From Chloroflexota bacterium (lineage in GTDB: Bacteria > Chloroflexota > Dehalococcoidia > Bin125): a stretch of DNA of 64,000 nt. Location: the NCBI GenBank assembly GCA_009838915.1, contig VXQT01000011.1, positions 76,835 through 140,834 of the forward strand, read 5' to 3'. Shown here one piece after another: positions 36,613-46,305 of this stretch; position 1 is the stretch's first letter; every line of letters starts with the position of its first letter. The translations under genes were made by a program, and so were the position numbers. The notes under the pieces were generated by a model. That model worked only from the letters and a program-made list of their open reading frames with translations, was not told where the DNA came from and ran no database searches.

Positions 36613-39600
36613 TCAGATGTTGAAGTATCGAGCCTCGGGATGATGCACGATGAGCGCCGAGGTCGACTGCTCCGGATGCATCTGAAACTCTTCGCTCAAT
36701 GTCACGCCGATCCGCTCCGGTTCGAGCAACGTCCAGAGCAGCGCCTGATCCTCCAGGTTGGGGCAGGCCGGATAACCGAATGAATAGCGCGCGCCCTGGT
36801 AGTTGGTCTTGATCAGCTCCTCGGGAGTTGCTCCGTCTGATCCGTCTATTCCGAGCTCCTGCCGAATCCGGCGATGCCAGTACTCGGCCAGTGCCTCTGC
36901 GATCTCGACGCCGAATCCGTGCCAGTAGAGGTATTCCTGGTATCGGTCGGCGGCGTACAGCTCCTGCGCGTACTCGCCGACGCGCGAGCCCATGGTCACC
37001 ACGTGAAAGCCGACCAGGTCCATCTCGCCCGAGTCGACCGAGCGGAAGTAGTCCGACAGACAGCGCGACTGCTTGGCCTGCTGGCGCGGAAAACTGAACC
37101 GGACCGCCTCCGTGCCCCGACCCTCGGCGTCAAAGACGATCAGATCATCGCCGTCTGATTGCGCCGGGAAGTAGCCGTAGACCACTGCCGGTTCTAGCAC
37201 GCCCTCTCGCAGCGCCTGCTGCTGGATATCGATCAGCGCCTGCTCGGCCCGAGCGGTGGTCTCCGCGTCGCGGCCCTTAAATCCCCACTGTCCGCGCAGC
37301 AGGGCGTTGCGGTTGATGTAGGGAAACACCTCAGTCAGCGGCAGGCCGCGAATCACCCGCGTCCCCAGGAACGGGGCGGACGGAGTCGTTGCCGCAGGCG
37401 CCAACGTCGAACGAACCGCAGTTGCCGTCGCCCTGGCGAGCGCGCCGCTGGACGCAGTCGGCCCCGGCATCGGCTCGACAGGTTCGCGCTCGAGCGTGAC
37501 GCCGTCGCTGAGCGCGTTCATGATCCGCAGGCCCTCGAATGCGTCCTGACCGTAGAAGACGTCGCCGTGGAACGTGTTTCGCAAATCCCACTCGACGTAC
37601 TTGCGGGTCAGCGCCGCGCCGCCGAGCAGTACCGGCCAGCGATCGGCCAGTTCGCGGCGGTTCAGCTCTTCCAGGTCTTCCTTCATCACCAATGTGGACT
37701 TGACCAGCAGGCCCGAGAGCCCGATCGCGTCGGCGTTATGTTCCAACGCCGCCTCGATCACGTTCGAGATCGGCTGCTTGATGCCCAGGTTGACGGTCGT
37801 GAAGCCGTTGTTGGAGAGGATGATCTCGACCAGGTTCTTGCCGATGTCGTGTACGTCGCCGCGCACGGTCGCCAGCACGATTGAGCCTTTGCTGGTTGAT
37901 TCCAGCCGGTCCATGTGCGGCTCCAGGTGCGCGACCGCACGTTTCATCGTCTCGGCCGACTGCAGCACGAAGGGCAACTGCATGTCGCCGGCGCCGAACA
38001 GGTCGCCTACCTCCTGCATCGCCGGCAGGAGCAGCTCGTTGATGATCGGGATCGCCTCGCGCCTGACCAACGCCTCGTCAAGATCCGATTCCAGCCCCTC
38101 GCGCTGACCGTCGACGATGCGACGGTGCAGCCGCTCCTCCAGCGGCAGGTCGTCGAGGCGCTCGCGCTCCTGCGTCGCCGCCTGCGCATCCTCGAACAGG
38201 GCCATGAAGGCGGGCAAAGGATCGACCGGGCCTTCCGGTCCGTCGAGCCACTCGTCCAGGATCAGCCGCCGCGCTGCATCAAGTTGCTCCTTTGGTATCC
38301 GATTGATCGGCAAGATCTGCGCGGCGTGGACGATGGCAGCCTTGAGCCCGCGCCCAACGGCGTCGTGCAGGAACACCGAGTTGAGCACCTGTCGCGCAGC
38401 GGGATTGAGACCAAACGAGATGTTGGAGACGCCGAGAATCGTCTGCGCGCGCGGGAACTCCCGCGAGATCGCCTCGACCGCGTCCAGCGTCTCCAGTCCG
38501 TCACGGCGCAGGTCCTCCTGACCCGTGCTGACCGGCAGGGTCAGGGCATCGAAGAACAGATCCCCGGGAGAGAGGTCGTAGTCCTCGGTCGCAATCCGAT
38601 AGAGCCGCCGCGCGATCTCCAGTTTTCGGTCGCAGGTGCGGGCCTGGCCCTCTTCGTCGATTACGAGCGCCACGACTCCAGCGCCGAATCGCACCGCCGC
38701 CGAGAGCGTTTGATCGAGCCGCTTGCCGCCGTCCTCGAGATTGATCGAGTTGACGATCGCCTTGCCGCCCAGTTGCTTCAGCCCGGCTTCCAGCACTCCC
38801 GGTTCGGTTGAGTCCAGCATCAGTGGAAGCGTGGACAGGCCTCGCGCCCGTGATACGAGCTCGGCCATGTCGGGCGTGCCGTCTCGGCCGACGAAGTCAA
38901 CGCAGACATCGGCAACGTGCGCGCCTTCGGCCGACTGGTCGCGGATGACATTGGCCATCTGCTCCCACTCCTCGTTCTGCAGCAGGCGCTTGAAGCGCCG
39001 CGAGCCGTTGGCGTTGGCTCGCTCGCCGACGATCAGGAACGAGGCGTCCTGGCGGTACGGCGTCGAGACGAACAACGAAGCCGCCGACGGCTCCGGCTCA
39101 GGACTCCGACTCACCGCCTGCATGCCGTTCATCGCCTCGCGCATGGCGCGCACGTGCTCGGGCGTGGTGCCGCAGCAACCGCCCACGATGCCGACGCCGT
39201 ACTCGCTGACGAAGGTCCGGTGCGCGTCCGCCAATTCCGACGGCGTGAGGTCGTAGATCATCTGCCCGTTTTCGGTGCGGGGCAGCCCGGCGTTGGGTGA
39301 ACACAGGAGGGTGGTCTCGGCGTTGGCCGAGAGGTATCGCAACGGTTCGTGCATCAGATCGGGACCGGTCGCACAATTCAGCCCGATCCCGTCCAAGCCG
39401 AGCGGAGCCAACGCCGTGAAGGCGGCCCCAATCTCGCTGCCGACCAACATCTGGCCGGTCGTCTCGATCGTCACGGTTGCAAAGAGCGGGGTGTCGCTCT
39501 TGAACTCGGCGAGCGCGTCCTTGCAGGCCAGGATCGCCGCCTTGCCCTGCAGCAGGTCGTAGACCGTCTCCACGAGCAGCGCGTCGACTTCGCCCTCCAG

Positions 39601-40044
39601 TAGTCCCCTCGCCTGTTCCAGGTAGGCCGCGTGCAGTTCGTCGAATCCGAGGTGTCCCAGCGAGGGCAACTTGGTGCCCGGCCCGAGCGAACCGAGCACG
39701 TATCGCGGCCGCTCCGCGGTAGAGAATCGATCGACCACGCTGCGTGCGATGCGCGCCGACTCGCGGTTGATCTCGCGCGTCCGCTCCGAGAGTTCGTACT
39801 CGCCCAGCGTGATTGAAGAGCCACCGAAGGTGTTGGTCAGCACCGCGTCGGCGCCGGCTTCGAGATAGGACTCGTGCAGCGCCGCTACGGCATCGGGCCG
39901 CGAGACGTTGAGGACCTCGTTGCAGCCCTCGAGCCCGTCGAAGTCTGAGAGCGACAGATCCAGCAGTTGCAGCCCGGTGCCGGTCGCGCCGTCAAGCACG
40001 ACCACCCGTTCATCTGCGAGCGTTCGGAGATCGGGACGTTGCAT
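36613..40044 (-). CDS. metH: Cobalamin-dependent methionine synthase
   Basis: LDGATGT, GGCCGTTP, GERANANGS, GDVHDIGKNLV B12 motif, RYSFGYPACP; start set at ATG 40044 with TACGAT 6 nt upstream. Confidence 0.95.
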   Translation of the reverse strand: MQRPDLRTLADERVVVLDGATGTGLQLLDLSLSDFDGLEGCNEVLNVSRPDAVAALHESYLEAGADAVLTNTFGGSSITLGEYELSERTREINRESARIARSVVDRFSTAERPRYVLGSLGPGTKLPSLGHLGFDELHAAYLEQARGLLEGEVDALLVETVYDLLQGKAAILACKDALAEFKSDTPLFATVTIETTGQMLVGSEIGAAFTALAPLGLDGIGLNCATGPDLMHEPLRYLSANAETTLLCSPNAGLPRTENGQMIYDLTPSELADAHRTFVSEYGVGIVGGCCGTTPEHVRAMREAMNGMQAVSRSPEPEPSAASLFVSTPYRQDASFLIVGERANANGSRRFKRLLQNEEWEQMANVIRDQSAEGAHVADVCVDFVGRDGTPDMAELVSRARGLSTLPLMLDSTEPGVLEAGLKQLGGKAIVNSINLEDGGKRLDQTLSAAVRFGAGVVALVIDEEGQARTCDRKLEIARRLYRIATEDYDLSPGDLFFDALTLPVSTGQEDLRRDGLETLDAVEAISREFPRAQTILGVSNISFGLNPAARQVLNSVFLHDAVGRGLKAAIVHAAQILPINRIPKEQLDAARRLILDEWLDGPEGPVDPLPAFMALFEDAQAATQERERLDDLPLEERLHRRIVDGQREGLESDLDEALVRREAIPIINELLLPAMQEVGDLFGAGDMQLPFVLQSAETMKRAVAHLEPHMDRLESTSKGSIVLATVRGDVHDIGKNLVEIILSNNGFTTVNLGIKQPISNVIEAALEHNADAIGLSGLLVKSTLVMKEDLEELNRRELADRWPVLLGGAALTRKYVEWDLRNTFHGDVFYGQDAFEGLRIMNALSDGVTLEREPVEPMPGPTASSGALARATATAVRSTLAPAATTPSAPFLGTRVIRGLPLTEVFPYINRNALLRGQWGFKGRDAETTARAEQALIDIQQQALREGVLEPAVVYGYFPAQSDGDDLIVFDAEGRGTEAVRFSFPRQQAKQSRCLSDYFRSVDSGEMDLVGFHVVTMGSRVGEYAQELYAADRYQEYLYWHGFGVEIAEALAEYWHRRIRQELGIDGSDGATPEELIKTNYQGARYSFGYPACPNLEDQALLWTLLEPERIGVTLSEEFQMHPEQSTSALIVHHPEARYFNI

Positions 40045-40097
40045 CCGTTGATCGTATCCAGCCAACCGACCCGTCTCAGCAACGGGATGTGTCGAGG

Positions 40098-40724
40098 TTA
40101 TCCGCCGAAGCGCTTGCGCAACGCGCCGCCGATGCCGCTCCTCGCTGACTCAAGCTCAGCCTGAAGCTGTGCGACCTGTTTCTCCAACCGCTCGTTCTCG
40201 CGACTGAGCCGATTGCGTTCCTGGCGGAACTCCTCGTGCCGGGCGTCGAGCGTTGCCTGCAGCTCGGCGAATTGCTGTTCGGCCGCCACCTGTGCCGAGG
40301 ACGCCGCCGCGAGCGAAGCCGAAGCCTCCTTTGCGGCCTGTTCGTAGAAAGTCGATTTCTCCGTCAGCGCGTCACGCTCGTTGCGCAGCCTGTGGCGTTC
40401 GCGTTCGGCGGCGTCAGCGCGTTCTGTGAGCTCGGCGAGCTGCGCACTCGCCGAATCCGCAGCGGAAGTGGCGGACTCGGCGGTCGAACGCAACGCGTCC
40501 CGCTCCGATTTCGTTTCGCGCAGCTCGACGCGCATCGGCTCTATCTCCTCGCCCGACGTAGCGAGTTTCGCCGCCAGGCGATCAAGATGGCTACGCAGGT
40601 CGCGGGACTGCTTCTCCGCTTTTCTCGCGCGGTCTTCCAACGAGTCGGCACGGACGACCGCGGCCTTGCGGCTCGCCTCCGCACGCTCGGCCCGAGCCCG
40701 CTCGACCCGAAGTTGGTCGGCCAT
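40098..40724 (-). CDS. Hypothetical coiled-coil protein
   Basis: A/E/R-rich heptad-like sequence from MADQLRVER, starting 8 nt after the dehydrogenase stop; ends GIGGALRKRFGG. Confidence 0.7.
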   Translation of the reverse strand: MADQLRVERARAERAEASRKAAVVRADSLEDRARKAEKQSRDLRSHLDRLAAKLATSGEEIEPMRVELRETKSERDALRSTAESATSAADSASAQLAELTERADAAERERHRLRNERDALTEKSTFYEQAAKEASASLAAASSAQVAAEQQFAELQATLDARHEEFRQERNRLSRENERLEKQVAQLQAELESARSGIGGALRKRFGG

Positions 40725-40732
40725 GACTCGGC

Positions 40733-41947
40733 CTACGCGCCGGCGCGGACGGCCTCGATCGCCGTCGTCCAGCGATCGTCCAAGGCGGAATCGTTGACCG
40801 TCGCCAGCACGTAGTCGCCAAATGCCGCTGTGGTGGCGCCGGTATCGCGGCCGGTCATCACGAGTTCCTTCTCGTACTGGCCGCACAGGTCCATTGCCTT
40901 GTCCAGTTTGCCGCCCAGATCGGGGAAGCCGATGTGCGAGAGCATCATCGCGCCAGCGCGAAGCATCGACGACGGATCCGCGTAGATGTCGCGGCCCTCG
41001 CGCACCATGCGCGGGGCCGAGCCGTGGATCGCCTCGAACATCGCAGTCTTGGTGCCGATGTTGCCTGCCCCCGCGGTGCCGACGCCGCCCTGGAACTCGG
41101 CCGCCTCGTCGGTCAGGATGTCGCCGTAGAGATTGGGCAGCGCAAAGACCTGGAAGTTGGTGCGACGCTTGGGGTCGACCAGCTTCGCGGTCATGATGTC
41201 GATGTACCAACCTTCCCACTCGATCCCCTCAAAGTCCTCCCCCACCTTGCGCGCCGCGTCGAGGAACGCCCCGTCGGTCGTCTTGACGACGTTGGCCTTG
41301 GTCACGATCGTGACCGAGTTCTTGCCGTTGTTCCTGGCGTACTCGAAGGCGGCGCGGATGATCCGCTCGGAGCCGGGATTAGAGAGAATCTTGAAGTCGA
41401 TGTTCAGATCGCCGATAGAGAATCCCTCCGAGCCAACGGCGTAGAGATCCTCGGTGTTCTCGCGGAAGAAGGTCCAGTCAATGCCCTCGGCGGGGACGCG
41501 TACGGGTCGGACGTTGGCGTAGAGGTCGAGCACCTTGCGCATCGCCACGTTGGCCGACTCGATGTTGGGCCAGCCGTCGCCCTGCTCCGGCGTCGTGGTT
41601 GGTCCCTTGAGGGTGACGTCGCACTCGTGGATTTCCTTGAGCACGCCTTCCGGGATCGCGGCCAACTCCTCGGCGCGGCGCTCAATCGTCAGGCCGTCGA
41701 TCGTGCGGAAGCTGACGCGACCGGAGGACACCTGGTCTTCGAGGAGCGCTTCCAGCACCCGCTGCGATTCGTGCGCAATCGAGGGGCCGATGCCGTCACC
41801 GCCGAGCACGCCGATCTCGATGTGGTCGAGCGCGGTGAAGTCGGTTGGCTCGCCCTCGGATTTGATCTTGTCAACGCGGGTCTGCTGTGCCTCAAGCAGT
41901 TCACCAAAGCGCTGCTTGGCCTGCTCGACGGAGTCAATCGTGGGCAT
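40733..41947 (-). CDS. Isocitrate/isopropylmalate family dehydrogenase (probably isocitrate-type)
   Basis: GDGIGP, LKGPTTTP, SANVAMRK.LDLYANVRP, RENTEDLY, NLYGDILTDEAA, FEAIHGSAP; RBS gaggagaagga. Confidence 0.88.
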   Translation of the reverse strand: MPTIDSVEQAKQRFGELLEAQQTRVDKIKSEGEPTDFTALDHIEIGVLGGDGIGPSIAHESQRVLEALLEDQVSSGRVSFRTIDGLTIERRAEELAAIPEGVLKEIHECDVTLKGPTTTPEQGDGWPNIESANVAMRKVLDLYANVRPVRVPAEGIDWTFFRENTEDLYAVGSEGFSIGDLNIDFKILSNPGSERIIRAAFEYARNNGKNSVTIVTKANVVKTTDGAFLDAARKVGEDFEGIEWEGWYIDIMTAKLVDPKRRTNFQVFALPNLYGDILTDEAAEFQGGVGTAGAGNIGTKTAMFEAIHGSAPRMVREGRDIYADPSSMLRAGAMMLSHIGFPDLGGKLDKAMDLCGQYEKELVMTGRDTGATTAAFGDYVLATVNDSALDDRWTTAIEAVRAGA

Positions 41948-42088
41948 ATTCCTTCTCCTCGTCGAACCATCCGCGATGTAGGTCCGTCGGCAGTGTACCT
42001 GCTGCCATAGCGGGGACTGAAGGCGGAGTTGTTGCTCGACTCTTGTTCGCCGCAACATCGACGAATGAGGAGCCGCGACTTCATCAGC

Positions 42089-42601
42089 CTAAAGGGAAGG
42101 CCGGTCCAGTTTCGCGCGGAGCTCTTCAGACACTTCAGAGATCCTGACGCGTCCAGCGATTGCGGCCTCGTCCACTAGCGCTCGGATATCAGGTTTCGCA
42201 AAGGTGTGGTGAGCACCTGTCGAAACAGCCTCGCGGATCGCCAGCGCCAACTCCCTCAGTTGAGCATTACCCAAGACTGGCACGCTGACGTGAAGGCTCT
42301 TGAGATCGGTGACGGGAGTGCGGCCAGGGGTAGGGAGTATCTCCAGCCCTAAAGAAGCCAGATCCCTCTCGTTCACAAGAGCCAACTGGACTCTCTGCAA
42401 ATGGTCCCCCGCAGCCGCGATAGCAAGAGCTACTTCTCGGACATCGTGCAGGTCTTTCGTGGGGCATCGCCAGAATGATAGTTCGTTGTTCAATGCCTTC
42501 AAGTCTGACTCGATAGCGGATTGCAGAGCCTGCTCAGGAGGGACGTCCGGCCGCTCTCTCCACTCCCACTTCGCTAGCCGGACCTTGCGGGCCAGATACA
42601 C
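42089..42601 (-). CDS. Hypothetical protein, possible ADP-ribosyltransferase-like fold
   Basis: Lower-GC ORF, GTG immediately after the upstream TAG; YLARK...NELSFW...TPGRT...LHVSV pattern. Confidence 0.65.
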   Translation of the reverse strand: MYLARKVRLAKWEWRERPDVPPEQALQSAIESDLKALNNELSFWRCPTKDLHDVREVALAIAAAGDHLQRVQLALVNERDLASLGLEILPTPGRTPVTDLKSLHVSVPVLGNAQLRELALAIREAVSTGAHHTFAKPDIRALVDEAAIAGRVRISEVSEELRAKLDRPSL

Positions 42602-43126
42602 CTACCGGGATGCCAGTTCTGACATCACATCTGCCAAGTAGTCTCGGAGCCAGGGAACTCGCTCACGATGTGACTCCAACGTCGATAGCAAAGCCGGATC
42701 TTCCCACTCCTCGGCGGCTTGAATGGCTGCATCTCGCATAACAATGTCCTGCGAAGTGAGGCAGTGCGACAACAACTGCTGTCTCCATTGCGTCCAAGCG
42801 CTCGAGTCTTGAATGCCGACCACTCCTGACGAAAGCGCAAGGACCGGCGACGCCAACGACGACGGAAGATCGCAGCGTCCCAGGCATTGCAAGAGCGACG
42901 AGCAGAAGTCCGTCCCGTGCTCGGCCTCAAGCTCTGCAAGAAGGCGTTCGGGAGAAATCTGCATGAGAGAAGGGAGATGATTCGCAACAATCTGCTCTGC
43001 CGGGTGCGTAATGCCATCTTCGATCGGACCAGCCTCAAACTCCGCTCGAAGTTGGGAAACCACTCCCTGCAGTTCCGGACTTTGCGCTTGGGTAGCCCCT
43101 GCCTCACTTGCGTCCATCAGAGCCAC
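42602..43126 (-). CDS. Hypothetical helical (HEAT-like) protein
   Basis: EDGITHPAE, LLQCLGR, DIVMRDAAIQAAEEW, WLRDYL; GTG 43126 6 nt after ggagg; TATCAT at 43156-43161. Confidence 0.68.
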   Translation of the reverse strand: MALMDASEAGATQAQSPELQGVVSQLRAEFEAGPIEDGITHPAEQIVANHLPSLMQISPERLLAELEAEHGTDFCSSLLQCLGRCDLPSSLASPVLALSSGVVGIQDSSAWTQWRQQLLSHCLTSQDIVMRDAAIQAAEEWEDPALLSTLESHRERVPWLRDYLADVMSELASR

Positions 43127-43240
43127 AATGCACCTCCGAGGCTTCCCTCGTTCCAATGATACCGCTGCCGAAAACGGAATGGCCAATCGGACAGATATCG
43201 CAAATCGAAACGCCTGGTCATTGCCTGATGCGATCAAACG

Positions 43241-45220
43241 CTAACCCGACAGCCCCAACTCCCGCAGGAATGCATCGGCGTTCGGCTCGCGGCCGAGGAA
43301 CCGGTGGATCAGTTGGTCGGCGTCGGCCGTCCCGCCCGGCTCGAGGATGTGGCGCCGATACTCCGCCCCGACGCCCGCGACGGATGCGCCCGGCGCTTCG
43401 AAGCGCGTGAACATGTCGTCGCCGAAGACTCGCGACCAGAGATAGCAGTAGTACCCCGCGTCATAGCCGAAGAGATGCCCGAAGCCGGCCTGGAAGTGCG
43501 TGTCCTCGGGGAACGGGAATCCGGTGATCGGATGCAGCTCGCGCGCAATCTCGTCGGTGCTGCGGCCGGACCCGGAGTGATAGGCGAGATCGAGGCGCGA
43601 AAAGTAGACCTGGCGCAAGGTCGCGATCGCCGATGACGTGTGCTTCGCCTCAATCATCCGGTTGATCAGAGAGATGGGCAGCGGATCGCCGGTCTCGTGG
43701 TGCCGGCTGAAGCTGCGCAGCATGTCGGGCTGCCAGCACCAGTGCTCCAGCATCTGCGAGGGCGCCTCGACGAAGTCGCGCTCCACCCGCGTCCCACTAA
43801 AGCGAGTGAAGCGAGAAGTCGTCAGCGTCTGATGCAGAATGTGGCCAAACTCGTGGAACAGTGTCACGACCTCGGTGTGGCGGAGCAACGAGGGCGACGA
43901 CTCGATTGGCTTGGTGAAGTTGGCCACGATCGCCGAGATCGGCCGCTGGTATCCATCGCCGCTCAGGCTGCGTCCCCCGCGCAGCGTGAACGCCGCCGCG
44001 TGCCCGAACTTGCCCGGCCTGGGATACAGGTCCATGTAGAAGCGCGCCAGGGCCTCTCCGCTGGACGGGTCGACGATGTCGAACGGCTGCGCGTCCTCGT
44101 GCCAAGCGGCGTCCCTCACGTCTTGACGCCGAACGAACCGGACTCCGACCAACTCCTCGTAGATGCGGAACATTCCGTCCAGCACCGCGTCAAGCGGGAA
44201 GTAGGTGGCGACCTCAAACGGATCGACCTGGTACTGCTCCTGCACGACCTGGTTGGTGTAGTAGCGCCAGTCGGCGATGTCGACCCGGCCGCGCTGCCCG
44301 GTGCGGCGCTCTTGCTCCTCGCTAAGCCGCGAGAGATCCGCCGCCAGCTTCGGCTGGAGGCGCTCCTCCAGGTCGACGAGGAACTCGAACACGGCGTCAG
44401 CCTGCTTGGCCATCTTGACTTCCAGCGCATACTCGGCCCAGGACTCGTAGCCCAGCAGTGCCGCCATCGACGCACGCACGCCCAGCGCTTCCGCCAGGAT
44501 GTCGATATTGGTGTCAGCCGCCTTGTTGTGGTTCTTGTGGAACAGCTCGTGCCGCCGCTCGCCGTCGTGGGCGCTGTCGAGGAATGGGTGCAGTTCCGGA
44601 TAGTCGAGTCCGACCCGATACCGAACCGCGCCGTCGGCCTCCACCGTCCGCAAGCGCTCGATGTAGGAGTCGGGCAGGCCGTCCAACTCCTCGCGGTCGA
44701 CTTCGATGCCGTCTTCATAGTCGTCGATGTGCTTGCGGAATCGTATGCCCAGACCGACCAGCCGCTCCTTCAGCGACTGCAGCTCGTCGCGCGTCGGCTT
44801 GTCCAGTTCAAGCCCATTGCGGCGGTAGTCGCGCAAGGCGAACTCGAGCAGCCGTCGCGCGTCGTCGGGCAACGCCTCGAGCTCTGCCCGTGAGGCATAT
44901 GCCTTCAGCGCCCGGTCAATCTCCTCGCGGAACCCGATCCCGGAGGCGAAGACGTTGAGCCGCTCTTCCTCGCGATGAGCCACGCCGCGCAGTCCCTCGT
45001 CCGCCGAGACCTGGGAGAGGAAGCCGTAACGTCCCGATGCCTGCGTGAAGACGTTGCTGATCTCGTCCAATGGCAGCACGGTGTTCTCGAAGCTCCGCTG
45101 CCCGTCCGGCACCGAGACCAACTCATCGACCAGTCCCTCGACTGCACGAATCGCGTCGTCCACGCCGCCGGTGATGTCGTCGGCAGTCGTCTCATCCCAG
45201 TTCGGTGTCTCGATTGTCAT
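43241..45220 (-). CDS. M3 family metallopeptidase (thimet oligopeptidase-like)
   Basis: FYMDLYPRPGKFGHAA, TLFHEFGH, DFVEAPSQMLE, GYDAGYY.YLWS. Confidence 0.93.
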   Translation of the reverse strand: MTIETPNWDETTADDITGGVDDAIRAVEGLVDELVSVPDGQRSFENTVLPLDEISNVFTQASGRYGFLSQVSADEGLRGVAHREEERLNVFASGIGFREEIDRALKAYASRAELEALPDDARRLLEFALRDYRRNGLELDKPTRDELQSLKERLVGLGIRFRKHIDDYEDGIEVDREELDGLPDSYIERLRTVEADGAVRYRVGLDYPELHPFLDSAHDGERRHELFHKNHNKAADTNIDILAEALGVRASMAALLGYESWAEYALEVKMAKQADAVFEFLVDLEERLQPKLAADLSRLSEEQERRTGQRGRVDIADWRYYTNQVVQEQYQVDPFEVATYFPLDAVLDGMFRIYEELVGVRFVRRQDVRDAAWHEDAQPFDIVDPSSGEALARFYMDLYPRPGKFGHAAAFTLRGGRSLSGDGYQRPISAIVANFTKPIESSPSLLRHTEVVTLFHEFGHILHQTLTTSRFTRFSGTRVERDFVEAPSQMLEHWCWQPDMLRSFSRHHETGDPLPISLINRMIEAKHTSSAIATLRQVYFSRLDLAYHSGSGRSTDEIARELHPITGFPFPEDTHFQAGFGHLFGYDAGYYCYLWSRVFGDDMFTRFEAPGASVAGVGAEYRRHILEPGGTADADQLIHRFLGREPNADAFLRELGLSG

Positions 45221-45300
45221 GACTGATCGTTTCCAACTTGCTCCGACTCATCGGCAATCGTTGGCAAGGTAATCTCTCAAGGAGTAGCGGAGGCAGCAAC

Positions 45301-46254
45301 ATGACCGAGATCACACACCAGCAAGTCGAGCTCTCGACCGGGATCAGCATGCACATCGCCGAGGCCGGCGAGGGGCCGGCCGTGGTCTTCTGCCACGGAT
45401 TTCCGGAGCTCTGGTACTCATGGCGGCACCAGTTGCCGGCCGTTGCCGAGGCCGGATTCCGCGCCATCGCGCCGGACATGCGCGGTTACGGCGACACCGA
45501 CGCGCCGCCCAATGTCGAGGACTACTCCCAGGAGCGGATCTGCGCCGACATGGTCGCGCTGCTCGACGCGTTGGAGCTCGAGAGCGCCGTCTTCGTCGGC
45601 CACGACTGGGGCGGCGCCGTCGTCTGGAACATGGCCCAGCATCACCCGACGCGTTGCAACGCGGTCGCCGGGATCAACACGCCGGCCGGCCGCCGACCGC
45701 CGATCAACCCGCTCGAGGCGATGAAGATCGATCCGGGGCGCTTCGACTACCAGCTCTACTTCCAGGACGAAGGCGTCGCCGAGGCCGAGCTGGGCGGCAA
45801 CGCGCGCCGCACCATGACCTTGATGCTGCGCACGTCCAAGCCTCAGGACCGGCTCGACGTGATCGGGATGACCTCCGGCGTCCGCGAGCGGGGCGGTTTA
45901 CTGGTCGGCCTGCCCGACGACGCTGATCGCTCGATCATGCTGAGCGAAGAGGACCTCGACACGTTCGTCAGCGCCTTTGAGAAGACCGGCTTCCGCGGCG
46001 GACTCAACTGGTACCGCAACCACGGGCGCAACTGGGAATGGGGCGCCGCCGTCGACGGTCGGGACATCACCCAGCCCGCGCTGATGGTCACCGCCGGCAA
46101 GGACGGCGTCCTGCTGCCCTCGATGTCCGAGGGCATGGAAGAGTGGATCCCCAACCTCAGCCGAGGCCATATCGAAGAGTGCGGCCACTGGACTCAGCAG
46201 GAGGAGCCGGACGAGCTGAACCGGATCCTGGTGGAGTGGCTCAAGTCGCTGTAG
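45301..46254 (+). CDS. Alpha/beta hydrolase, soluble epoxide hydrolase family
   Basis: HGFPELWYSWRHQL, PDMRGYG, GHDWG, LNWYRN, GHWTQQE; RBS ggagg. Confidence 0.92.
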   Translation: MTEITHQQVELSTGISMHIAEAGEGPAVVFCHGFPELWYSWRHQLPAVAEAGFRAIAPDMRGYGDTDAPPNVEDYSQERICADMVALLDALELESAVFVGHDWGGAVVWNMAQHHPTRCNAVAGINTPAGRRPPINPLEAMKIDPGRFDYQLYFQDEGVAEAELGGNARRTMTLMLRTSKPQDRLDVIGMTSGVRERGGLLVGLPDDADRSIMLSEEDLDTFVSAFEKTGFRGGLNWYRNHGRNWEWGAAVDGRDITQPALMVTAGKDGVLLPSMSEGMEEWIPNLSRGHIEECGHWTQQEEPDELNRILVEWLKSL

Positions 46255-46305
46255 CCGCCTCATCCCTCTGTCGAGCGGGTCCCCACTGAATCGGGGATCG
46301 GAGCA

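Noticed and set aside
40045-40097. Cobalamin or SAM riboswitch before metH
   Set aside because: Spacer is only about 50 nt and the gene looks leaderless.
42081-42087. Hammerhead-like CTGATGA on the minus strand
   Set aside because: No matching GAAA core or supporting stems found.
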